Positions 1 through 7,825 of a DNA stretch of 64,000 nucleotides are shown here, piece after piece. Under the pieces are notes generated by a model, which was not told the DNA's origin, searched no databases, and worked only from the letters and a program-made list of their open reading frames with translations. The translations under genes were made by a program, and so were the position numbers. Within the stretch, counting starts at the first letter, position 1. The number at the start of each line of letters is the position of its first letter. The stretch lies in contig ONKF01000034.1 of NCBI GenBank assembly GCA_900318335.1, positions 713 through 64,712 of the forward strand, read 5' to 3'. The stretch comes from an uncultured Prevotellaceae bacterium. GTDB taxonomy: Bacteria; Bacteroidota; Bacteroidia; Bacteroidales; Muribaculaceae.

Positions 1-17
1 TTCTCTTTGTTTTACAC

Positions 18-665
18 TTAACATGCATGGAAATGAAGGGCATCTAAAAGCGATTCGTATCTCTGGTAGAACTTGCTTTCTCGATCTGTATATCTTTCAA
101 CATCAAATTCTTGCCTAGAAAGCAAATCGTTCATTATCGCGATGTCTGCGATGCTTGAATCCATCGCATCTACAGAAATTTGATAACCGCTAACCATTAA
201 GGCTTGACAGTCTCTTTTGAACTGTTTGGAGTCGATTTTATTAGACATCGTTCTACAAGACCCAAAATGAATAACCTTATCCTTGAAAAAGCCTTTTGCC
301 CACTTTTGTAAAGTAGTGAGGGGTACTGATTTCCCTTCAATCCACAAACTTTTCTTTTCACCGTGACAAGCGAAATAAATAATATCATACTTGTTGAAGT
401 CTTCCTCCTCATCATCACCTTTTGCATGAGCACGAAAGTATTCAAGATAATACTTCAGGTCAGACTTTGTTCTGAATCTTCTATATATCACATCACAATC
501 GTATGCCTCTTTTAACCAATTAAGCATTGGCAAGGTGTTAAGGCTAAAGCGGTTTTTCGGGTTTTGCTCGCTATATTCCCATTCCGCTTCTAAGCATATT
601 ATATTATGGCTTGTATGCTGTTTCATAAGTCGTGACGTTATTTGAGAATATTCCAAGAACAGCAA
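18..665 (-). CDS. Hypothetical protein with a clan-CD (caspase/CHAT-like) His...Cys pattern
   Basis: 215-aa ORF (an alternative start is Met14 at 626). A hydrophobic strand plus His-Gly (DIIYFACHGE) is followed 36 residues later by a hydrophobic strand plus Cys (KVIHFGSCRT). No signal peptide. It overlaps or abuts the upstream ORF. Confidence 0.55.
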   Translation of the reverse strand: MLFLEYSQITSRLMKQHTSHNIICLEAEWEYSEQNPKNRFSLNTLPMLNWLKEAYDCDVIYRRFRTKSDLKYYLEYFRAHAKGDDEEEDFNKYDIIYFACHGEKKSLWIEGKSVPLTTLQKWAKGFFKDKVIHFGSCRTMSNKIDSKQFKRDCQALMVSGYQISVDAMDSSIADIAIMNDLLSRQEFDVERYTDRESKFYQRYESLLDALHFHAC

Positions 666-1498
666 TGTAGTCCTCCTTCCTGTTTGAGGGCTTCAAGTGC
701 GTATATAGGTATTATGTTCTCCCTTGGGTATTCTGGGAAACGAAGTTCAAACTGGCGGCGAACCGTCGTGTCTTCTATACAGTCTGCATTCTTTGATAGT
801 GCAGGCATGAAGATATAGTCTTTTGTGCGGATATAGTTGATGTAAGCCCATTGGAATCGTTCACGACATTTGGCTCCACCTGAAGGCATCCAGAAATTGT
901 GCATTTTGTTGAAATGAGTCTTCAACATAGATTGACACTGTTTCATGTATTTGGGGTCAGGATATTTTGTAAAAAGGAGGTCACCATCAGACATGTATCT
1001 TACAACTCCATCAGAATGACCATATATGCCTTCTTCATCATCCCAAGGAATGAGGAAAACTTCACAGCCGAACAGACGAGTCAATTCCGCAAGAAGTTTG
1101 CTTGCTGAATAGTGAGGATTAGCCTGAATTACTTTGTCAACCATTATAACAGCATTATCACACTTGATTACGTTTCCACCATCAACAATTATGTCTGTAT
1201 CTATCACTTCCGCTTTATCACCTAAGATTTCGCGAGCAATATCAGCAGCGTTTCCTGTCCGCGAATCTCTATACTTTGGATTAAGAAGATAATCAGGGAG
1301 ATATTTGAATGCCACAAACTTGTCTGGAGCAACCTGTATTGGCATATAATCACGCGCCCACATATCTTTTGCACCTTGGAAAAACTCTATCGGATAGCCC
1401 TTTGCTTTCAAGGTTGATATTGAACGATACAAATCTGGACACACTTGCTCAAGCATGTGAGAAAAGTAAATTGTATTTGTAAGCTGGTCTGTAATCAT
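638..1498 (-). CDS. Guanidino-group-modifying enzyme fold protein (agmatine deiminase / Porphyromonas-type PAD-like)
   Basis: Motifs occur in the family order: WARDYMP (W-x-R-D), VDGGNV, YGHSDG (H-x-D) and GGLHCCS (C-terminal nucleophile Cys). 286 aa, no signal peptide. Confidence 0.7.
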   Translation of the reverse strand: MITDQLTNTIYFSHMLEQVCPDLYRSISTLKAKGYPIEFFQGAKDMWARDYMPIQVAPDKFVAFKYLPDYLLNPKYRDSRTGNAADIAREILGDKAEVIDTDIIVDGGNVIKCDNAVIMVDKVIQANPHYSASKLLAELTRLFGCEVFLIPWDDEEGIYGHSDGVVRYMSDGDLLFTKYPDPKYMKQCQSMLKTHFNKMHNFWMPSGGAKCRERFQWAYINYIRTKDYIFMPALSKNADCIEDTTVRRQFELRFPEYPRENIIPIYALEALKQEGGLHCCSWNILK

Positions 1499-1523
1499 GA
1501 TTATTCTGTTTTAATTGATTATC

Positions 1524-2672
1524 TTACATTGTTTTACATTGCTCTTTATTCACAACCCTGTCCCTGAACAACCGCATATTGGTAAAATTGCGTGAGATAT
1601 TTTGAACAAGCTCCAGATAATTGTCGCTGCCATCTTCCCATTTGTGGTAGAAGGGCTTTATTGAAACGCAGTTCTCATGCTCAAAAACTGAATTGAGCAA
1701 AGTCCTGTCGGAATTGCCGCAGGAGTGACCCATAATCAGCACTTGGAAAGGTGCTGCCATTAAGAAATCTAACATCATGTGGTAATTCCTCGTTTCCAAA
1801 TACTTAACAGACTTGACATTCTTCAATAACTCATTGTCGTTCCTGTCTAGAATGTCCTGATAGTCCTTGTCAAGTTCATCACCATAGCCAAAGATGATAT
1901 GCTCTGGGTGGTTCAACTCTCCATGAATGAAATTGAGGATAAGACCACCATATAGCTCATATATATGGGCTGTCTCAGTATAATTGAAACACAATAGCAT
2001 GGTACGTTCAGGAGACAAACCAGAAGAATGTTCAGCAATGTAACGATTATCATCAAAGGTATTGGTATCAAATTCAATAATTCCCATTGTCTTCGCCAAT
2101 TCTTTACCTTCAATTGATAAATCCTCTATGTAGATATAATCAGTTAGGGCCTTGTTAATGTCTCCGATTGCTTCAGGGACTTCAATGGTGCGGAGGTATT
2201 CTACCAACTTTTCCTGTAGAAAGCCCATCTGCTCATTCAGATCCTCGATGGTGTAGTCAATCGGAGAGACTTCTCCAATCACCTTTTTCAACATATAATA
2301 ATAGTCGTTCTCTATGTCCACCCATCTTTTGGTTTCAAAAGATTCCATGATTCTCCTGAAAAAAGGACAATAATCTATCGAAAAGACTTCCGGATGTTTT
2401 TCGAGTTCCTTTATCACTTCATGACCCGAACAAGTTCTGTTGCCTAGTATATCCCTGAAGTATGATTGTTCAAACGTGAACACATTCCAGCAACTTACGT
2501 TGGTGCCATCTTTGATGGTCAGTTTGCACAAGCGGTCTTCTGAAACCTTTGTCGTGTTACCCGCAAAGGCATCTATGCGTTTGTCCCAATACCAGTTAAT
2601 GAAGTCCATATAACTGGTTTTGAGGCCATGAGCCATATCAAATCCGTTTCCTATGAGAACTATTCTATTCAT
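1524..2672 (-). CDS. abiH: AbiH-family abortive infection protein
   Basis: The N-terminus IVLIGNGFDMAHGLKTSYMDF is the AbiH signature. 382 aa, a typical length. Confidence 0.8.
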   Translation of the reverse strand: MNRIVLIGNGFDMAHGLKTSYMDFINWYWDKRIDAFAGNTTKVSEDRLCKLTIKDGTNVSCWNVFTFEQSYFRDILGNRTCSGHEVIKELEKHPEVFSIDYCPFFRRIMESFETKRWVDIENDYYYMLKKVIGEVSPIDYTIEDLNEQMGFLQEKLVEYLRTIEVPEAIGDINKALTDYIYIEDLSIEGKELAKTMGIIEFDTNTFDDNRYIAEHSSGLSPERTMLLCFNYTETAHIYELYGGLILNFIHGELNHPEHIIFGYGDELDKDYQDILDRNDNELLKNVKSVKYLETRNYHMMLDFLMAAPFQVLIMGHSCGNSDRTLLNSVFEHENCVSIKPFYHKWEDGSDNYLELVQNISRNFTNMRLFRDRVVNKEQCKTM

Positions 2673-2723
2673 GAACTTATCTGTTGTCAGTCATTTCATT
2701 AATGTATTGTTTAGTATTACAGT

Positions 2724-3356
2724 TTACTCCGTTTTTTGATCTTGGTACCAGTCAGGATGGAAGAATTGCATGTACTCGTCAATGGTGATACCAGCTTCGG
2801 TGGTAGCATCCTCGATAGATTTCTTAATGATTTGGAAAGCGAATTTGGCTTGCCAATATTTGCCTTCTTCTGGATCGTCAATCAAGAGATCCCAATCGGT
2901 GCCCTCGTCGTCGTTGTACGGGTGTATGATTTCTCTTGCAGCGGAATGCTTTGCCACCTGCTTGAGGTGGTCGCCTTTGCGGCCACGGTCAAGATTGTGG
3001 TCAAGGTCGTTGCACTTCACGTTGATGGCGATGGGATTGTGTGACTGGGCAATGCGTTCCACGTAGTTCATATAATTGGAGCCTTTCTCGTGGGTGAGCA
3101 AACGTAGAGCGTCAACAACCTTGGGAGAGATACCTGCAGCAAGCAGGTCTTCAAACGTGTAGTCAGTGTCTTCGACCACATCGTGAAGCATACCAGCGAC
3201 AATCTCGTTCTCATTGTTTCCTTTCATAGCGACAGTGAGCGGGTGCAATATCACGGGTTTGCCATCAAGGTCACGCTGCCCCTTGTGCGCTTTCAGCGCA
3301 ATTTCCAGTGCAATCTCTATCTGCGACAATGGCAGTTTATTATCGGATTCATTCAT
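2724..3356 (-). CDS. HD-domain protein, RelA/SpoT-type (p)ppGpp hydrolase-like (small alarmone hydrolase)
   Basis: Motifs KAHKGQRDLDGKPVILHPLTVA, AGMLHDVVEDT and VKCNDLDHNL match the HD_4 / SpoT hydrolase pattern. There is no synthetase domain. It lies 20 bp downstream of hsdR. Confidence 0.75.
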   Translation of the reverse strand: MNESDNKLPLSQIEIALEIALKAHKGQRDLDGKPVILHPLTVAMKGNNENEIVAGMLHDVVEDTDYTFEDLLAAGISPKVVDALRLLTHEKGSNYMNYVERIAQSHNPIAINVKCNDLDHNLDRGRKGDHLKQVAKHSAAREIIHPYNDDEGTDWDLLIDDPEEGKYWQAKFAFQIIKKSIEDATTEAGITIDEYMQFFHPDWYQDQKTE

Positions 3357-3376
3357 AGGCTAATAGTTCTCATAGA

Positions 3377-6300
3377 TTAAACGTCGATACCATTGAGGAG
3401 GATGAAGTTTTTGAGCAAGTTGTGAATCTCATACATGACATCAATGGGTGACAGGATTTGACCTGTTTTTTGCTCAAAGTAGGCTTTTGCCTTCTCTCGA
3501 TCAACCGATTGCTCCAGACGGGAGAATCTGCCGAACTCGTCAAGGTTTTGCTCGGTGATTTGCTGGTCAAGCATTGACTTCAACAAATCCTTATCGAGAT
3601 CAAGAACCTCAACCAGCCTGTTAATTCTCTGGTCTTTCTCGGTAGTCATATAGTCTGTGATGTAGTCGCGGAATGTCTTGCCTTGCTCCAAGATGATACT
3701 TCCGCTTTGGACATCATGGACGAAAATCTCAGCATATTTTTGTTCAGCTTGTGGAAGCAGTGCAAACGAAGCGGATAATTCCGTTAAGAGTTGCGTGAGT
3801 TCTTCTTCCGATACGTTGGGCTGACCGAGTGCATTGACGTATCGCTGGAAGTTGCGGTTCATAAAGTCGGCATCGATCTTCCCGGTGTCAATCTCGGTGA
3901 TATGCGGGTCAATATCAAACGGCAGGTCACCGCCGCCAGTTGTGCCGCCTTCATCACCGCCGTCCCTAGAGAACAGCTCCTTGTAACGCTGAACAAGCAT
4001 ATTGTACTGTTGTTCAGTGTGGTTGACTGTGATAGTGCCGCCATCGGGCGTTTTGTAGGTACTGGTGTTCCAGAAAAAGCCCTGTACTTTTGCGGCTTCA
4101 AGGTACCTGTTGTAGTCTCGGAAAAGTACAGCGAAGCGGCCTTTCAGTTCCACTTCCTCGGGAAGTCTGGAGAAGTCATTGATACCCACGTTGGCATAGA
4201 GTGTTGCAATTTCAGTAAACTTCTGATTCATGCCACCAATATTCTCATGCAGCTTACTTGCAAACAACTGCAGAGGCTCGCCCTTGGAGTATAGTGCCAC
4301 AGCTGTATCGATGTTTCGCTCCATAGTGTGAGGGCGATAATAGTACTTGATGGTTCCAAAAGGCTTCTCAGGACCAAACAATCGGTTTGTTCTTGAGAAG
4401 GCTTGGATCAAGTCCTCATAGTCAAGCATCTTGTCAATGTACAAGGTATTGACCCATTTAGAATCAAATCCTGTGAGCATCTGCGAAACGACGATAAGCA
4501 GATCAAGTCGCTGGTTGCGCTTGTTCTCCTGCTCGATACCGATATATGGCCGTTTGTGCGCCAGACGGGCAGACAGGTCTTTCTTGAACTTGGGGTGGGT
4601 GGGTACCGTGAAGCTTTGACCATATAGATTGTTGTAGTCAGTGATGATCTCAACAAGTCCATCCTCTTTGTACAACACACCATCAGGGTTGTCGTTGGGC
4701 AGAGAGGGATCAAACAACGCTGTCACTTTAATCTCTGGCGCACGATTTTTGAAGATGCGGTAATAGTTTATCGCTTCTGGAATGCTGCGTGTAGCGAAAA
4801 TAGCATGGAACTTACCGTTTTGGCTAAGCACCTGCCAGCCTTCTTTTATGTCATCAACTACAGCGTTGTAATAGTCGCTCGTTTCATATTGTTCTCTGGG
4901 CACATAATCCTCTATGCCTTTTATATAAGTGCCATCATCTTGCTTGTGGCCAGCCATTGGCATCTGCATGAAGTCATTGAACTTTGCATGCATACGCTCA
5001 TCAGCCATAATCTCCTCGATAGTATTTGCGCCGATTTCGCGTTTCGCCACTTCCTCACGCAGGTTCCTGTCCTTGTAGATCAATATCTTGTAGGGATCAA
5101 AGCCAAGCACGTTCTTGTCTCGAATACCGTCTGAAATGCGATAAGCATGCAGCTCGTCACCAAAGATATCGCTAGTTGTGCTGTTCTTACGGTTGTTCTC
5201 GTCCTTGATGGGCGTGCCAGTGAAGCCGAAGAACATGGCCATCGGGAATTTGGCTTTGATGGCACTGAAAGAGTCACCGAATGTTGAGCGGTGGCACTCA
5301 TCAACGATGAAGACAATTCGTTTCCGATTGATCTTATCCAGATCGGCTTGGCGTATGCCGCCGTCGGCAATGATGCCGAGTTTCTGAATGCTCGAAACAA
5401 TCAGTGTGTCACTGACATCTGGCGATTTGAGTTTGCCAATCAGTACATCGGTGTTCTCGGTCTCTTGTATCGCTTCATCCTCTGGAGAGAAGTTGCGGTA
5501 CTCACGAGCCGACTGTGTACCAAGTTCAATACGGTCAATGACGAAAACCACCTTGTCGGCATTGCCACTGTCAGCAATGAGCTGGGCTGCCTTGAAGCTT
5601 GACATGGTTTTACCAGAGCCGGTTGTGTGCCACACATAACCGCCTAATTGGTTGTCCGTGGTGTGCCAGTCTGTTCGCTTTGCTACACGGTCAACAATGC
5701 GGTTAACCGCGTGGTACTGGTAACTACGCAGCACCTTGAGCACACCGTCGGTGCGGTCAGCAATGGTATAGTAACCGATTAGCTGGTGCGCCATCGGGAT
5801 GAACAGCAGGTTAGAAGCAATGTCTTTCCAGTTATTGATGGGATTATTGTAGAAGTCTGCCCAATGGAAATAGAAATCTTTGTTGAACTTGCCATCGGGT
5901 CCAGGATTGGCAAAATACACCGTTTCCTCTGGATTCATGGCCACAAAGATTTGGATTAGCTGAAATAGACCCGAGAAGATGCCCTCACGGGAATATTTCT
6001 CAATCTGGTTATATGCCTGACTCAGAGGGATGCCGCTCTTCTTGAGTTCGATATGAATCATCGGCATTCCGTTGATTAGTAAAGTGAGGTCGCCGCGCCT
6101 GGTATTCAGAATGGGCGAGCGAGAAGCGAACTTGGGCTGTTTAGCGATTTGGTAGCGGGTTTGTCCGGCAGCTATCTCGCGAGGGTCAAATATCTTTAGC
6201 GTTACCTCTTTGCCGTAATGCAAAGTGTCGGCCTGGTTGTCACGACGTACACTCACGGTTTTACCATTGATAAAGCCGTTGAGTTGTTGCGGAGTGCGCA

Positions 6301-6526
6301 ACGTTGAAATTTGGTCGAGTAACTGTTGCATTTCTCCTTGTGTGAGCCGAGCACTATTAAGTCGGTCAATAGTGTTATTCATTTCATAGAGAATGTTTGC
6401 CCAATTTTCGAGCAAATCCTTCTCTGTGGGATAGCGCAGTAGTTCTGGTTCCCAACCTTTTGTGTTAAGAACTCTGATTAAAGCGTCCTCAAATTCGGCT
6501 TCGTTGTTAAAAGGAGTTGTTGGCAT
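3377..6526 (-). CDS. hsdR: Type I restriction enzyme R subunit
   Basis: 1049 aa. Motifs: WHTTGSGKTMSSF (motif I), FIVDECHRS (DEAH box), MLTGFDSKW and FSRTNRL. Confidence 0.95.
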   Translation of the reverse strand: MPTTPFNNEAEFEDALIRVLNTKGWEPELLRYPTEKDLLENWANILYEMNNTIDRLNSARLTQGEMQQLLDQISTLRTPQQLNGFINGKTVSVRRDNQADTLHYGKEVTLKIFDPREIAAGQTRYQIAKQPKFASRSPILNTRRGDLTLLINGMPMIHIELKKSGIPLSQAYNQIEKYSREGIFSGLFQLIQIFVAMNPEETVYFANPGPDGKFNKDFYFHWADFYNNPINNWKDIASNLLFIPMAHQLIGYYTIADRTDGVLKVLRSYQYHAVNRIVDRVAKRTDWHTTDNQLGGYVWHTTGSGKTMSSFKAAQLIADSGNADKVVFVIDRIELGTQSAREYRNFSPEDEAIQETENTDVLIGKLKSPDVSDTLIVSSIQKLGIIADGGIRQADLDKINRKRIVFIVDECHRSTFGDSFSAIKAKFPMAMFFGFTGTPIKDENNRKNSTTSDIFGDELHAYRISDGIRDKNVLGFDPYKILIYKDRNLREEVAKREIGANTIEEIMADERMHAKFNDFMQMPMAGHKQDDGTYIKGIEDYVPREQYETSDYYNAVVDDIKEGWQVLSQNGKFHAIFATRSIPEAINYYRIFKNRAPEIKVTALFDPSLPNDNPDGVLYKEDGLVEIITDYNNLYGQSFTVPTHPKFKKDLSARLAHKRPYIGIEQENKRNQRLDLLIVVSQMLTGFDSKWVNTLYIDKMLDYEDLIQAFSRTNRLFGPEKPFGTIKYYYRPHTMERNIDTAVALYSKGEPLQLFASKLHENIGGMNQKFTEIATLYANVGINDFSRLPEEVELKGRFAVLFRDYNRYLEAAKVQGFFWNTSTYKTPDGGTITVNHTEQQYNMLVQRYKELFSRDGGDEGGTTGGGDLPFDIDPHITEIDTGKIDADFMNRNFQRYVNALGQPNVSEEELTQLLTELSASFALLPQAEQKYAEIFVHDVQSGSIILEQGKTFRDYITDYMTTEKDQRINRLVEVLDLDKDLLKSMLDQQITEQNLDEFGRFSRLEQSVDREKAKAYFEQKTGQILSPIDVMYEIHNLLKNFILLNGIDV

Positions 6527-6538
6527 AATAATAGTTTT

Positions 6539-7174
6539 TTATGCAAACATCTTGTCCATACATGCTTGCTTGATGTTTCTTAATTTTAGTATCTGCATTT
6601 GCGCATTTGCGATGGTCTCGTCCTGCTGACGAAAGAAGTCACCGATTTTGCGCTGCTCGTCGAATTGAGGAACTAGTATCTGTGTATTTAATATATTATT
6701 GTTATACAGCCTTTTTAGAGTACTGCCCTCAACACTTGTCCACTTTACGATTGAATAAAGAACTTTAAGGAAAGGATTATACAGCTTGCCAGAATGGTTG
6801 AGCCAAACAATGTTTGAATCCTGGAAATATTGTTCTTCTCCCGTAAACTCTACAGTTCTACCTAAAGTTCCAGCAGCCGATATAAGTATATCTCCTTTTC
6901 GGGGATATGAATAGTTGTGGCTTAATGATAAGAATAAATCTCTTGATATGTATGCGTCTGGAGATCCACCAAATGTTCCAATTTTAAAGAATGGAACGTC
7001 TCCTTTGGTTGTTGTTTGGTGCTTCATTACACGTTTACACATGCAAATATACCCATAGTCACCGAACGTAGCTTGGCGCCATGGCTCGGTGAAACCATGG
7101 AAGCGGATGGCAGGTGTGTTGGGGATTTCGGACAACACAAATTCGTTATTCTTATTTAATATATTGTAAATCAA
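6539..7174 (-). CDS. hsdS: Type I R-M specificity subunit, C-terminal half (one TRD + conserved helix)
   Basis: Starts at a TTG that overlaps the upstream stop (cgTTGAtt). It has the IRFHGFTEPW entry motif and the QILKLRNIKQACMDKMFA conserved tail. Confidence 0.8.
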   Translation of the reverse strand: MIYNILNKNNEFVLSEIPNTPAIRFHGFTEPWRQATFGDYGYICMCKRVMKHQTTTKGDVPFFKIGTFGGSPDAYISRDLFLSLSHNYSYPRKGDILISAAGTLGRTVEFTGEEQYFQDSNIVWLNHSGKLYNPFLKVLYSIVKWTSVEGSTLKRLYNNNILNTQILVPQFDEQRKIGDFFRQQDETIANAQMQILKLRNIKQACMDKMFA

Positions 7175-7824
7175 CGATTTACCCCCCCATTTGATTTTTC
7201 TTGATTGTCGCCTGGGAACATGCCATCAAGCAACGCCAGTTTCAACTGACGCAGCTTCTCCAGTTCTTGTTCCTTGGCGTTAATCAATTCGTCAAACTGC
7301 TCGAAAAACTTACCAATCTTTTCTTGTTCCTTTATCTCGGGCAATAAAATATCTAGTTCTGCAATGTCATCATTATGTAAATGAACAACAGATATACCTT
7401 GCGCTTTATTTACCAATTTATTATGGCTTCGTCCATGAGTAAATTCAAGTGCAAGGAACGAAGGGTTAATGTTCTCATTTGGAGTTATGATATTCAAATC
7501 ACCACCGAGTATAATACCTGGTGCTAGAATTGCTGTTGCCCTAGCTATGTCTTCTGCTGTTTCTCCTGAAGCTGGAACAACTACTTCATGACCACTGCTT
7601 ACTACAGACCAATCCTGAATATTTGCAAAAGAATTAGTAGAGTTAATATTAGTTTTATAATCAGTATATAGACTACCATACAAAAGAAGTGGAGTACCAT
7701 GTGGTAAAACACTTGATTTTGAGTAACCACGGCCTTTTGAGAACGAAACGTTGCCAGTAATGTTGATTTGTTCCCACTCGTCATTAAATCCATGGAATCT
7801 TATGCCTGGTTTATTCTTTGCCAT
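7171..7824 (-). CDS. hsdS: Type I R-M specificity subunit, N-terminal half (one TRD + central conserved helix)
   Basis: The start MAKNKPGIRFHGFNDEWEQ lies directly after the hsdM stop. It ends ...LEKLRQLKLALLDGMFPGDNQEKSNGGVNR*, just after a G7 tract. The 5' extension in the ORF track overlaps hsdM and is not credible. Confidence 0.8.
   Translation of the reverse strand: MAKNKPGIRFHGFNDEWEQINITGNVSFSKGRGYSKSSVLPHGTPLLLYGSLYTDYKTNINSTNSFANIQDWSVVSSGHEVVVPASGETAEDIARATAILAPGIILGGDLNIITPNENINPSFLALEFTHGRSHNKLVNKAQGISVVHLHNDDIAELDILLPEIKEQEKIGKFFEQFDELINAKEQELEKLRQLKLALLDGMFPGDNQEKSNGGVNR
7182..7188 (-). repeat. Homopolymeric G7 (C7 on the + strand) at the hsdS frame break
   Basis: The coding strand reads AAT GGG GGG GTA AAT CGT TGA. 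With one extra G the reading becomes ...GGG GGG GGT AAA TCG TTG ATT TAC..., which is in frame with the downstream half-gene. Confidence 0.9.
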
Positions 7825-7825
7825 A

